A stretch of DNA of 64,000 nt from Erysipelotrichaceae bacterium (GCA_017533785.1 JAFWII010000007.1:20349-84348); one strand, 5' to 3'. Shown: positions 17,387 through 27,264, counted from the first letter of the stretch. Notes: generated from the letters alone by a model not told the origin. Translations and numbers: made by a program.

Positions 17387-17392
17387 ATCTAT

Positions 17393-17398
17393 ATTCTA
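17393..17398 (-). promoter_or_regulatory. -10 box TAGAAT exactly 6 nt upstream of the MFS ATG, no SD (leaderless candidate)
   Basis: minus strand TAGAAT ATAGAT ATG. Confidence 0.4.
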
Positions 17399-17553
17399 TT
17401 ACTTTATTCTGATGCTGTTTCATTCCGTTTATAGGTTTTAGTCGTGTTTTAGTTTAGTGTGTCTTAATGTGAACGGGTCGAAATTAGGCCGATGACCGAT
17501 CCCGGCATTATATCCGACAGTTGACGGAGTCATACAAATCTGCACAGAATCCA

Positions 17554-17582
17554 ACAAAAAGGCACTTCTTATCGAAGTGCCT
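17554..17582 (-). terminator. intrinsic terminator after tRNA-Arg
   Basis: minus strand AGGCACTTC-loop-GAAGTGCCT followed by TTTTTGTT. Confidence 0.75.
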
Positions 17583-17593
17583 CTTCATTCAAA

Positions 17594-17670
17594 TGGCGTC
17601 CACGGTAGGACTCGAACCTACGACCTTCCGCTTAGAAGGCGGATGCTCTATCCAGCTGAGCTACGTAGAC
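17594..17670 (-). tRNA. tRNA-Arg (anticodon TCT), CCA encoded
   Basis: GTCTACG/CGTGGAC acceptor, TAGCTCAGCTGGATAGAGC, anticodon loop CTTCTAA, GGTTCGAGTCC. Confidence 0.9.
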
Positions 17671-17811
17671 CTAGCAGACAATAATTTACCACAAAGAGAA
17701 TCGGATTTCAATCATTCGCGGTCGATTCGGCATTATTTGTTTTCGTGCGTCTGAAAAATAAAAGATAAGGGCGGAATTTGAAATGCGTCAGATAATGAAA
17801 CACCGAAAGCG

Positions 17812-17820
17812 TGGTATACT
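17812..17820 (+). promoter_or_regulatory. extended -10 TGgTATACT, 6 nt upstream of rapZ ATG, no SD (leaderless candidate)
   Basis: GCG TGG TATACT GAAAGC ATG. Confidence 0.45.
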
Positions 17821-17826
17821 GAAAGC

Positions 17827-18678
17827 ATGAAAAAGAAACAGTTAGTTTTGATCACAGGTGTCTCCGGAGCAGGAAAAACAACCGCTACGAATATGCTGGA
17901 AGATATGGGCTACTGCTGTATCGACCAGTATCCGAGCGAACTGCTCGACAATCTGGTGGATCTTCTGCGCACGGACCAATCCTACAAATATCAGAAAACC
18001 GCGTTAAGTATCCCGCTGATCGAGTTTGAAAAATATCGGTTTTTGCTCAGTTCTACGGATTTCAATACTATTCTGATCCTGCTGGACTGTTCAGAAGAGG
18101 AGATCATTAAACGATATAAGTTTTCACGAAGAATACATCCGCTTTTGGTGTCAAATAAGACCGAGACACTGACAGAAGCGGTCAATCTGGAGAAAAAACT
18201 GATTGCGGAGTACGAAAAATATACAACGCATATCATAGACACGACTTCGTTATCGTTAAAAGATAATAAAAAGATGCTCGACAGCATCCTTAAATACGAC
18301 GGGAAGGAGAACTTTTCTGTTTCTTTTGTCTCCTTCGGTTATAAAAACGGTGTCCCGGAAGATGCCGATTATATCTTTGACGTACGTGTATTAGATAACC
18401 CGTTCTATATTCCGGAACTGAAGAAACTGACCGGCAACGATTCGCCTGTCTACGATTATGTCATGGATAAACCGAAGACGCAGGAATACATCAGCAAACT
18501 TACAGAATATCTGGATTATTGCTTTGCCTGTTATGCGACGGAAGACAAGCGCCACATCACGATCTGTATCGGATGTACAGGAGGCCAGCACAGATCCGTC
18601 ACCCTGACAAACTATTTATACGATCATTACAAAGACCGTTTCTTGTGTTTCAAAAGACATAGGGAGTTGAAAGAGTGA
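17827..18678 (+). CDS. rapZ: RNase adapter protein RapZ (YvcJ, P-loop NTPase)
   Basis: LITGVSGAGKTTA Walker A; C-terminal CTGGQHRSV motif; followed by yvcK and whiA. Confidence 0.9.
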   Translation: MKKKQLVLITGVSGAGKTTATNMLEDMGYCCIDQYPSELLDNLVDLLRTDQSYKYQKTALSIPLIEFEKYRFLLSSTDFNTILILLDCSEEEIIKRYKFSRRIHPLLVSNKTETLTEAVNLEKKLIAEYEKYTTHIIDTTSLSLKDNKKMLDSILKYDGKENFSVSFVSFGYKNGVPEDADYIFDVRVLDNPFYIPELKKLTGNDSPVYDYVMDKPKTQEYISKLTEYLDYCFACYATEDKRHITICIGCTGGQHRSVTLTNYLYDHYKDRFLCFKRHRELKE

Positions 18679-18680
18679 AT

Positions 18681-19619
18681 ATGAAAAAAGTCGTTGTAAT
18701 CGGAGGAGGCCACGGTCAGTCGACCATCCTCAGAGGGATCAAAAAGATCCCAGACATTGAGATCTCTGCGATCGTTACCGTTGCTGATGACGGCGGTTCG
18801 ACCGGCCGTTTGCGCAAACATTATCAGATCCCGGCAATGGGCGATATCCGTAATGTTTTGTCTGCACTTTGCGATGAAGAGTCCCTGCTTGAAAAACTGA
18901 TGAGCTACCGTTTCGAGGGGGATGAGGAAGTGGATGTCGAAGGTCACAGTCTCGGCAACCTGATCCTGACCGCTGTCACACAGATGACCGGCTCCTTTGC
19001 GGAAGCGATCGAAATGCTGACGAACGAGCTTCATGTCAAGGGACATATCCTTCCCTCGAGCCTGGAGATCATCAGCCTTTACGCATTGATGGATGATGAC
19101 GCGATCGTTAAGGGCGAGGTCAACATCCCGAGTTTTAACCACCATATTCAAAGCGTATTCTATGACCATGATGTAGCTGCATACGACAAAGCAGTACAGG
19201 CGATCCTGGATGCGGACATGATCATTTACGGAATCGGCTCCGTATATACCTCGATCCTGCCGAATATCATTATCACCGGCATCCGCAATGCGCTGGCGCA
19301 GTCCAAGGCGACGAAAGTCTATTTTGCGAACTGTATGACCCAGAACAACGAGACTTTTGATTACGATCTGAAAGATCACATCGACGCGCTTGAAAAGCAT
19401 GGCGCACCGATCGATCTGGTCATCCGTCATAAAGACCTTATCCCGGAAGAGATCCTGGAACGCTATACGGCTGAAAATTCCATCGAAGTCAAATACAAGA
19501 GGAAGATCTCGCAGCCGGTTTATGCCTACGAACTGCTCGATTTCAGCCGCCAGCTGGTACGTCATGATCCAGAAAAGATCGAAAAAGTCGTGATCGATCT
19601 CCTTCAGAGAGGCGTTTAA
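18681..19619 (+). CDS. yvcK: gluconeogenesis factor YvcK (CofD-like, UPF0052)
   Basis: VVVIGGGHGQST, TVADDGGSTGRLR, GNLILTA motifs. Confidence 0.9.
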   Translation: MKKVVVIGGGHGQSTILRGIKKIPDIEISAIVTVADDGGSTGRLRKHYQIPAMGDIRNVLSALCDEESLLEKLMSYRFEGDEEVDVEGHSLGNLILTAVTQMTGSFAEAIEMLTNELHVKGHILPSSLEIISLYALMDDDAIVKGEVNIPSFNHHIQSVFYDHDVAAYDKAVQAILDADMIIYGIGSVYTSILPNIIITGIRNALAQSKATKVYFANCMTQNNETFDYDLKDHIDALEKHGAPIDLVIRHKDLIPEEILERYTAENSIEVKYKRKISQPVYAYELLDFSRQLVRHDPEKIEKVVIDLLQRGV

Positions 19620-20542
19620 TGTCCTTTACTTCCGAGATCAAGCAGGAGGTTTCCTATAACGATCTGAAGAACTGCTGCGCCCGTGCGGAGCTGAGCGCTC
19701 TGCTGCAGATGACTTCATCGATCCGGATCTCACACCGCGAGTTTCAGCTTCTGATCAAGACAGAGAATCCGACTACAGCCCGCCGGATCCGGGTTTTGCT
19801 GAGGCAGGTCTTTGACATCAATGCCGAGCAGCGCATCTATCAGAAATCCAACCTGCGGAAAAACTATGTTTATGAATTCCTGATCACCGGCGATGCGCGG
19901 AAAGTACTGGAGGAGACAGGGATCTATACGGATAAGGGATTGTCCTCTTATCCTCTTTATGAGATCGTCAAGAAAGAATGCTGCGCCAGAGCATATATCG
20001 CCGGCTGCTTTCTTGCATACGGTGCCTGTAATACGCCGGGCACATCGAATTATCATCTTGAGATCACGACCGTCGATGAAGCTTCCGCAGCTTTTCTGCT
20101 GCGGACGCTGAAGCGGTTCAATATTATCGCCAAAACGATGAAACGCAGGGGAAGAGACGTTGTCTATCTGAAAAAAGCGGATACGATCTCCGATTTCCTG
20201 CGTCTGATCGGTGCGCATGAAGCACTGATGAATTTTGAAAACAACCGGATCTCCCGCGATTTCAAGAACAGTTACACCCGTCTGGATAACTGCGAGATCG
20301 CAAACGAAGAAAAGAGCATCCGCGCTGCCCACAAACAGCTTGCGGTCATTGAGGAACTGGAAAAGGATCCGCATTTCAAACCGGATGAAAAGCTGCGCGA
20401 GGTGATCGCACTTCGCAAAGCCTACCCCGAGGACAGTCTCAGCGAGATGGCAGCTCATTATGAAGCAACCTATTTTAAACGGATCTCCCGGTCCGGACTG
20501 AAACACCGCCTGGACAGACTGGCGGCAATGGCAGACAAATGA
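19619..20542 (+). CDS. whiA: DNA-binding protein WhiA
   Basis: MSFTSEIKQEV...CCARAELSALL start, LAGLIDADG-like repeats, C-terminal HTH (SRSGLKHRL). Confidence 0.9.
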   Translation: MSFTSEIKQEVSYNDLKNCCARAELSALLQMTSSIRISHREFQLLIKTENPTTARRIRVLLRQVFDINAEQRIYQKSNLRKNYVYEFLITGDARKVLEETGIYTDKGLSSYPLYEIVKKECCARAYIAGCFLAYGACNTPGTSNYHLEITTVDEASAAFLLRTLKRFNIIAKTMKRRGRDVVYLKKADTISDFLRLIGAHEALMNFENNRISRDFKNSYTRLDNCEIANEEKSIRAAHKQLAVIEELEKDPHFKPDEKLREVIALRKAYPEDSLSEMAAHYEATYFKRISRSGLKHRLDRLAAMADK

Positions 20543-21450
20543 TCAGACCAGCAGGACAGAATGACATGCCGGCGGTGAAACGCCTGTGGCAGAATAGTTT
20601 TCTCAAAGACGACGGAGGCTATACCTCTTACTTTTTCGAACACTTTTATGCAGATTCGCTGGTTCTGGTCGATGAGGAAAACGGAACCATCAGGGGATGC
20701 GCCTGCTCACGCAAGCATCAGCTTTACGTCCGTCCGTACAAGCTCGACTGCTCCGTGATCTTCGGCGTCGCCGTGGATAAGAAATACCGTCACCGAGGGA
20801 TCATGCATGCCTTGATGGACAGAATGCTGGAAGAGACCGCCAAACGCGGCAGCATCAGTCTGATCCAGTCATATGAAGAGGGGATGTATTCCTCTTTCGG
20901 CTTTGAGGATCTCTATCTCTGCAAGGAATACCGCTTAAAAACGAAATATCTGCCGGACAGAGACCTGGCCGGTGTTGAAGAGAAGATCTATCCACGCATG
21001 TATCTGCGTCTGTACCAGCGTTTCATCAGTCATTACAATGGCAGTTTATGCCGGAACGAAAAAGACATCATTTCTTATATGGATGAAGTTCGTTCCAGCA
21101 GCGGCAGGCTTCTCGCATACCGTGAATACGGACGTCTCAAGGGTCTGATCAGCTATTTCCCGCGCGGAAAGAAAGCAATCATTGAAGAATGCCTCTATCT
21201 GGATCTGGATGCGCTGACAAAGCTTCTTGCCGCGCTGAAAGGGAATTATTCCGAAGTCGTCTTCTCTCTTTCCGCACAGGATAATCCGGAGCGTTTCCTG
21301 ACTGACTGGAAGCCGGAGATCCGTAAAGATACATCGATCATGATCCACGATCCGCAGAAACTCAGCCGGATCATGGGCTATGAAGTGAAAAAGGCCAAAG
21401 ACCTTTTCCGCAATAATCCGAAACCACTGTATTTCAGGGAGAACAAATAA
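20539..21450 (+). CDS. GNAT acetyltransferase, Eis-like architecture (GNAT plus C-terminal extension)
   Basis: IRPAGQNDMPAVKRLW, VAVDKKYRHRGIMHALMDRMLEE (acetyl-CoA Q/RxxGxG/A-like); ATGA overlap with whiA. Confidence 0.7.
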   Translation: MIRPAGQNDMPAVKRLWQNSFLKDDGGYTSYFFEHFYADSLVLVDEENGTIRGCACSRKHQLYVRPYKLDCSVIFGVAVDKKYRHRGIMHALMDRMLEETAKRGSISLIQSYEEGMYSSFGFEDLYLCKEYRLKTKYLPDRDLAGVEEKIYPRMYLRLYQRFISHYNGSLCRNEKDIISYMDEVRSSSGRLLAYREYGRLKGLISYFPRGKKAIIEECLYLDLDALTKLLAALKGNYSEVVFSLSAQDNPERFLTDWKPEIRKDTSIMIHDPQKLSRIMGYEVKKAKDLFRNNPKPLYFRENK

Positions 21451-22262
21451 TGAAAGAGATCGTAATCCACAGTTTTGAAGAGCTACAGGAAGTCATCTTT
21501 GCAGACTGCTATGATGAAAACCTGGGCCGTTACCGCAACAACCGCGTTTACCGCGGCGTATGTGACAAGGACTATTTCCTCTGCAGCAAACTGAACCGTA
21601 TCTGCGGACACAATCTGTCCCTCGAGCAGTCGATCCTGCGTTCCTTTAAAAAGTACGGCTTCGCCGATATCAAGGAATTCACATCGGTCTGGCAGCTTCT
21701 GGCGATGGGGCAGCATTACGGTTTGCCGACAAGACTGCTCGACTGGTCGTACTCGCCGCTCGTTGCGGCGCATTTCGCGACAGAAGATATCTACATGTAT
21801 GACCGTGACGGCGTGATCTACAGTCTGGATCTGAACGAAGCGAAAGCCGATCTTCCGGACGACCTGCGCAAGGAACTGGATACCAGCGGCAGCCATGTAT
21901 TCACGATCGCCATGCTGGAAAGGCATTTCAAGACGCTTGACGAACTGAATAACTACTCAGAAAAACCTTTTTATCTCTTCTATGAACCCGCATCGCAGTC
22001 AGACAGAATGGCGAACCAGTACGCTCTGTTCTCCGTCTGTTCGGATACATCTGCGAACTTTGCCGAACTGCTGCAGGAAACCTGTTCAAATTCTCTTTAC
22101 CGCATCATCATCCCCAAGGAAATAAAACTGGAGATCCGCGATAAACTGGACTATATCAACATCTCTGAACGTATGATCTACCCGGGTCTTGATGGCATCT
22201 GCCGCTGGATCACGCGCCATTATGCGGATCTGGGGACCAACACCGGAAAGTGGTCAAAATAA
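21450..22262 (+). CDS. FRG domain-containing protein
   Basis: YRGVCDKDYFLCSKLNR and QHYGLPTRLLDWSYSPLVAAHFA match the FRG-domain signature; TAATG overlap with the GNAT gene. Confidence 0.7.
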   Translation: MKEIVIHSFEELQEVIFADCYDENLGRYRNNRVYRGVCDKDYFLCSKLNRICGHNLSLEQSILRSFKKYGFADIKEFTSVWQLLAMGQHYGLPTRLLDWSYSPLVAAHFATEDIYMYDRDGVIYSLDLNEAKADLPDDLRKELDTSGSHVFTIAMLERHFKTLDELNNYSEKPFYLFYEPASQSDRMANQYALFSVCSDTSANFAELLQETCSNSLYRIIIPKEIKLEIRDKLDYINISERMIYPGLDGICRWITRHYADLGTNTGKWSK

Positions 22263-22365
22263 ATACGGTATTAGGCAGGAAACCGGAAAACAAAACAGCA
22301 AAACAACTGTCATCTTTTCGGAACTCTGCTATAATATATGCGTCGTTAGACAAAAGGAGAAAAGC

Positions 22366-23595
22366 ATGAAAAAATTACTTACTGTTCTTCTCGCTCTTGC
22401 TCTCGTTCTCGGTTTAGCTGCTTGCGGCGGCCAAAAACCGGCAGATCAGGGCGGAAAGACAACCGTCACTATCTGGCACACTTATACTGAAGGCCAGAAA
22501 GAGTATCTTGAGAAGGCGATCGCTGATTTCAACGCTTCCCAGGAAGAATACGAAGTCGTTGCTGAATCTCAGCCGTATGACGGATTCACCGACAAAGTCT
22601 ATCAGGCAGTCATGGCTGGAAACGGTCCGGATATGATCATCCACTACGCTTCCGAAGCTGCCAAGTACGTTGCTGATGAAAAACTCGCCAACCTGGAAGA
22701 ATATTTGAGCGCTGATACACTGGCTCTGATGACAGAATCCACAAAGGCTGAAGCTACAAGCTTTGCTGATGGACATATGCACATCCTGCCGATCGTATCC
22801 TCCGGCCCGATCCTCTTCTACAACCAGGAACTCTATGATGAATTAGGCTTAAAGGCTCCGACCACTTGGGACGAGCTGCTCGAAAACTGCCGCGTTGTCA
22901 AGGAAAAGTATCCGGAGAAGTTCGGTTTCGCATTCGACTCCGAAATCGATGGTGCTCAGACCCTGATCATGCAGACAGGCAACAAGCTCTTTGATCCGGC
23001 TACAAACGAGATCCTCTTCAATACTCCGGAAGTTGCTGCTCAGATGCAGATGTACAAGGACGCTGTCCAGTCCGGTCTGTTCACAAACGCTAAGACTGGC
23101 AACTACTTCTCCGAAGACTTCAACGCTGGTCTGATCGCTGCTTACATCGGCTCCGCTGCTGGTGCTCCGTACCTCCAGATTCCTTACGGAATGGGTCCGG
23201 TCCCGCAGGGCGGCAAAGTTGAATGGGTACCGGCTTGGAACCGTGGCGTCATCGTCTTCAACTACGGTGATGAAAACAGAGTCAAGGCTGCTGCTGCATT
23301 CACAGATTACTTCGCTACTCCGGAAATCAACGCCGGCTGGTGTGTTGCTTGTAACTACCCGGCTACATTCCCGGCTACAATGGAAACACAGGTATACAAG
23401 GATTTCGTTGCTGGCAACGAGAGCTTCACATATCTGAATGCTGAACACGCTGGTGCATTCCCGGCTGTTACCGCTCAGGCTTACATCCGTACCGCTCTGC
23501 AGACATTAATGTCCTCTGTTGCCGGTGGTGCTGATGTTCAGGAATCCATGGATGCTGCTGTTACATTCATCCAGGAAGAACTGGCTAACGAATAA
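22366..23595 (+). CDS. ABC transporter substrate-binding lipoprotein (family 1, sugar-type)
   Basis: lipobox LGLAACGG after MKKLLTVLLALALV; start set to ATG 22366 with AAAGGAG SD; TGcTATAAT about 30 nt upstream. Confidence 0.85.
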   Translation: MKKLLTVLLALALVLGLAACGGQKPADQGGKTTVTIWHTYTEGQKEYLEKAIADFNASQEEYEVVAESQPYDGFTDKVYQAVMAGNGPDMIIHYASEAAKYVADEKLANLEEYLSADTLALMTESTKAEATSFADGHMHILPIVSSGPILFYNQELYDELGLKAPTTWDELLENCRVVKEKYPEKFGFAFDSEIDGAQTLIMQTGNKLFDPATNEILFNTPEVAAQMQMYKDAVQSGLFTNAKTGNYFSEDFNAGLIAAYIGSAAGAPYLQIPYGMGPVPQGGKVEWVPAWNRGVIVFNYGDENRVKAAAAFTDYFATPEINAGWCVACNYPATFPATMETQVYKDFVAGNESFTYLNAEHAGAFPAVTAQAYIRTALQTLMSSVAGGADVQESMDAAVTFIQEELANE

Positions 23596-23625
23596 TCGCT
23601 TTTGTTCAAAAAACCTGAATAATCG

Positions 23626-23656
23626 AAAAAAATGACCTGCATGCAGGTCATTTTTT
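23626..23656 (+). terminator. strong hairpin plus T-run between the SBP and ATPase genes
   Basis: AAAATGACCTGC-AT-GCAGGTCATTTTTT. Confidence 0.8.
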
Positions 23657-23703
23657 ATATAATGGAATCAGTATAAAGCTAATAAGCAGGGAGAATCATT
23701 ATT

Positions 23704-24759
23704 ATGCAAGTCAAAATCGAACATTTAACAAAACGTTTTGGAGACTTTACAGCTGTCGAAGACTTCAACATGGTCTTTGACGATGGAAAACTGGTCGCTT
23801 TGCTTGGCCCGTCCGGCTGCGGCAAATCAACGATCCTCAACATGCTGTCCGGTATCCTACCGTCAACTTCCGGCAAGATCTATTTCGATGAGACCGATGT
23901 GACAAATGTTCCGCCGCAGGACCGCGGTGTTGGTCTGGTGTTCCAGAACTATGCGCTTTATCCGCATATGTCCGTACTTGAGAATATTGCTTTCCCGCTG
24001 GAAATCAAAAAAGTTCCGAAAGAAGAAAGAAATAAGAAAGCGGAAGAAATGGCCAGACTCGTACATGTCGACCAGTATCTGCACCGCAAACCGAAAGAGC
24101 TTTCCGGTGGCCAGCAGCAGCGTGTTGCAATCGCCCGTGCGCTGATCAAGCAGCCGCGTCTGCTTCTTCTTGATGAACCGCTTTCCAACCTCGATGCCCG
24201 TCTGCGTCTGGAGATGCGTGAAGAGATCCGCCGTATCCAGCTGGAGACCGGTGTAACGACAGTCTTCGTTACGCACGACCAGGAAGAAGCGATGTCGATC
24301 TCCGATAAGATCGTGTTGATGAAGAACGGTGTCCTTCAGCAGGAAGCCGGTCCGCAGGAACTCTATGACAATCCTGCCAACCTGTTCGTTGCGAACTTCC
24401 TGGGCAACCCGCCGATCAATAATCTGAATGGCTATATCAAAGACGGCTATTTCGTTCTGGAAGATGAGAGCGGAAAGATCAAGATCAACAATCCGAATGT
24501 CAAAGAAGGCCAGCAGGTCGTCATGGGCATTCGTGCCGAATCTGTCGCCATCAAAGACGGCGACCACGATTTCGAAGCCACTGTCAAGCAGCGTTATACC
24601 ATGGGTAAGGAAGAACTCGCTTTCCTGAATATCGGCAATCAGACGATCCGCGTATATCTGTCCAGCGATTACGAATTCAAGGAAGGGGAGACTGTCTTCG
24701 TAAAACTGCGTGACAAGGGTGTCTTCCTGTTTGATAAGGAGACGGGAGTTCAGATCTGA
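23704..24759 (+). CDS. ABC transporter ATP-binding protein (MalK/UgpC-like with C-terminal regulatory domain)
   Basis: GPSGCGKST Walker [16 protein letters not shown] signature, LLLDEPLS Walker B. Confidence 0.9.
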   Translation: MQVKIEHLTKRFGDFTAVEDFNMVFDDGKLVALLGPSGCGKSTILNMLSGILPSTSGKIYFDETDVTNVPPQDRGVGLVFQNYALYPHMSVLENIAFPLEIKKVPKEERNKKAEEMARLVHVDQYLHRKPKELSGGQQQRVAIARALIKQPRLLLLDEPLSNLDARLRLEMREEIRRIQLETGVTTVFVTHDQEEAMSISDKIVLMKNGVLQQEAGPQELYDNPANLFVANFLGNPPINNLNGYIKDGYFVLEDESGKIKINNPNVKEGQQVVMGIRAESVAIKDGDHDFEATVKQRYTMGKEELAFLNIGNQTIRVYLSSDYEFKEGETVFVKLRDKGVFLFDKETGVQI

Positions 24760-25685
24760 TGTCTGTTAAGAAACTTAAGAGAGAAACTCATCCGGATTAT
24801 ATATTTAACCGGAAGTATGAGCCGCTGATCTATCTTGTTCCGTTTGCGATCGGTCTTCTGATCTTCACGATCTATCCGATCATCAACGTTGTCATTATGT
24901 CCTTCAAGGAAGGTTACCGTCTTTCCGGCAACTACACCGGCTGGGGCATTGGCAACTATCAGTTCGTTCTGACCAACAAAGATTTCTTAAGTGCGATCAA
25001 GAACACTTTCATCTACGTTCTTACGGTCGTTCCGATCTCAACCGTTTTCTCGATTATCATCGCGAACCTGTTAAACCAGAAAGTAAAGGGCATGGCGATC
25101 TTCCAGACTGCCTACTTCCTTCCGATGGTCACCAGCAGCATCGCGGTCGGTATCTCCTGGCGATACATGTTCAATAAGCAGTTCGGTGTTATTAACTGGC
25201 TCCTGGGACTGTTTGGCGTTGCTCCGATCGACTGGCTCGGCGCAACCGCCGGACAAGCGCCCTGGAACATCGTGGTCATTATCATCTTCGGTATCTGGAA
25301 CCTGATGCCGTTCACGATCATCCTGCTGCTTTCCGGTCTGCAGAATATCGATCCGCTGTACTATACGGCGGCCAAAGTCGACGGCGCCAGCTCGACCAAG
25401 ATCTTCACCAGGATCACTGTCCCGCTTCTGGCTCCGACCATCTTCCTGACGATGATCGTCAATATGATCTCTGCCTTCAAGGTCTATAACGAAGTCATTC
25501 CGTTCTGGAGCGGCAAGGCAGGCGTTCTTTCCAACAACCTCTATACGATGGTCTACTGGATCAAGGAAACGTTCTACTCGAAACTGCGTCTCGGCAACGC
25601 GGCTGCCGCTTCGATCGTCCTGTTCCTGATCATCCTGTGCTTCACACTGCTCCAGAGATGGATCCAGAAGCACTTCAACTACTAG
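24759..25685 (+). CDS. ABC transporter permease (MalF/UgpA-like)
   Basis: 6 TM segments, EAA-like loop YYTAAKVDGASSTKIFTRITVPLL. Confidence 0.85.
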   Translation: MSVKKLKRETHPDYIFNRKYEPLIYLVPFAIGLLIFTIYPIINVVIMSFKEGYRLSGNYTGWGIGNYQFVLTNKDFLSAIKNTFIYVLTVVPISTVFSIIIANLLNQKVKGMAIFQTAYFLPMVTSSIAVGISWRYMFNKQFGVINWLLGLFGVAPIDWLGATAGQAPWNIVVIIIFGIWNLMPFTIILLLSGLQNIDPLYYTAAKVDGASSTKIFTRITVPLLAPTIFLTMIVNMISAFKVYNEVIPFWSGKAGVLSNNLYTMVYWIKETFYSKLRLGNAAAASIVLFLIILCFTLLQRWIQKHFNY

Positions 25686-25695
25686 GAGGCCGGAT

Positions 25696-26526
25696 ATGAA
25701 AAACAATGATGCTGTGAAGAAATTCTTCATTTATCTCATTCTGGCTCTGGGCGGGATCATCATGATCTTCCCGTTCTACTGGATGATCTCCGGTTCCTTC
25801 AAGACAGCGGCGGAATACAACTCCTTCCCGCCGGTATGGATCCCGGGCAACTGGCTGAACTTCGACAACTTCACCAAAGCCTTTGAACAGGCTCCGCTGA
25901 TGAAGTACTTCCTGAACTCCTGTATCGTCACTTTCTCAAGCGTTACGATCAATGGCTTTATCACGATCCTGGCAGCCTTCGGTTTCTCCAGACTGAAATT
26001 CAAAGGCAAGGAAGCAGTATTCGCTCTGCTCGTTGCCTTCATGATGGTGCCGTTCGAGATGCAGGTCATCACCAACTACCAGACAGTTGCGAGGCTGAAC
26101 CTCATCGATACGCTGCCGGTACTCGTCATTCCGTTTACCAGCTCGATCTTCTACACCTATATCCTGAAGGGCTTCTTCGACACCGTTCCGGACAGCCTGT
26201 ACTACAGTGCCCGTATCGATGGCGCCAGCAACTGGAAGTATCTGTGGCGCGTCATGGTGCCGATCGCCCGTCCGAGTCTCGTTACGATCATGCTGCTGAA
26301 TGCGATCGCTTCCTGGAACTCCTTCATGTGGGTCCAGTTAGTCATCAACTCCGACCGCAACCGTACGATCCCGTTAGGTATCTTCGCCTTCGTATCCGAT
26401 GCCGGCAGTGATCCGAAACTTCAGCTTGCTGCGGCAACGATCGCCGTCCTGCCGATGATCATTCTCTTCCTGTTCGCCAGGAAATACATCGTCAGCGGCG
26501 TCTCCAGAGGCGGTATTAAGGGTTAG
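25696..26526 (+). CDS. ABC transporter permease (MalG/UgpE-like)
   Basis: 6 TM segments, EAA loop YYSARIDGASNWKYLWRVMVPIARP. Confidence 0.85.
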   Translation: MKNNDAVKKFFIYLILALGGIIMIFPFYWMISGSFKTAAEYNSFPPVWIPGNWLNFDNFTKAFEQAPLMKYFLNSCIVTFSSVTINGFITILAAFGFSRLKFKGKEAVFALLVAFMMVPFEMQVITNYQTVARLNLIDTLPVLVIPFTSSIFYTYILKGFFDTVPDSLYYSARIDGASNWKYLWRVMVPIARPSLVTIMLLNAIASWNSFMWVQLVINSDRNRTIPLGIFAFVSDAGSDPKLQLAAATIAVLPMIILFLFARKYIVSGVSRGGIKG

Positions 26527-26606
26527 CAATAACCCTTTTTATTTTTCAGTTAAAGTTCAGAAAAGTGTAATATAATGAGATTGACCCAAAAAGGAGGTAT
26601 TTGCTC

Positions 26607-27236
26607 ATGGATGAGAACAAAGTAATCGAAGAGGCTGAAAAGGCTGCTGAAGAAGTCAAGGAAGCTGTCGAAAACGCAGAGGTCAAGGCGGAAGAGATCG
26701 CTGAGGCCGTTAAGGAAAATGTTGAAACGGCCGTCGAGAATGCTGAGACGGTTGTTGAAGAGGTCAAGGAAGAAGCTGAATGGACTTCCGCAAACGTAAA
26801 GAAGTCTGTTGAAGAGAAGGCTGATAATCTTTCTGATTCCTTAAAGGAAAAGACAAACGCTGCTCTTGATAACGCAAAAGCCAAAGCCGAAGAATTCGGA
26901 GCCAAAGCCAAGGAAGAAGCCGCAAAGCTTGGTGAAAAGGCGAAGGAAAGCTCCGTCGGCAAGGCCATCTTAGGCGAAGACGGCAAATTTGATAAGGAAG
27001 ACTTCGATCGTCTGACTGCACAGGCTAAAGAAAAAGCCGGTGAAGTCGCTGCCAAAGCCAAGGAAGAAGCCGCAAAGCTTGGTGAAAAGGCGAAGGAAAG
27101 CTCCGTCGGCAAGGCCATCTTAGGCGAAGACGGAAAGTTCGATAAGGAAGATGCTGACCGTCTCGCAAACCAGGCGAAAGAAGCCGGTAAAGGTCTGATC
27201 GAAAAGGTTAAATCCTTATTCGAAGAAAAGAAATAA
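26607..27236 (+). CDS. K/E/A-rich repeat protein (LEA / general-stress-like), contains an internal 150-bp duplication
   Basis: AAGGAGG 9 nt before ATG 26607; low-complexity helical composition; duplicated AKAKEEAAKLGEKAKESSVGKAILGEDGKFDKED. Confidence 0.6.
   Translation: MDENKVIEEAEKAAEEVKEAVENAEVKAEEIAEAVKENVETAVENAETVVEEVKEEAEWTSANVKKSVEEKADNLSDSLKEKTNAALDNAKAKAEEFGAKAKEEAAKLGEKAKESSVGKAILGEDGKFDKEDFDRLTAQAKEKAGEVAAKAKEEAAKLGEKAKESSVGKAILGEDGKFDKEDADRLANQAKEAGKGLIEKVKSLFEEKK
26901..27164 (+). repeat. in-frame tandem duplication, period 150 bp (copies 26901-27014 and 27051-27164)
   Basis: first 83 nt of each copy identical (GCCAAAGCCAAGGAAGAAGCCGCAAAGCTTGGTG...GAAGACGG), then a few substitutions. 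Confidence 0.9.
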
Positions 27237-27264
27237 GAAAGGGATAGCAATATCCTTTTCTTTT
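27237..27264 (+). terminator. intrinsic terminator
   Basis: GAAAGGGATA-GCAA-TATCCTTTTC then TTTT. Confidence 0.75.

Noticed and set aside
17387-17826. tRNA-Arg with AT-rich flanks and a lower-GC rapZ 5' half, considered as an integration hotspot or island border
   Set aside because: I found no integrase and no direct repeat of the tRNA 3' end. The downstream genes are the conserved rapZ-yvcK-whiA core.
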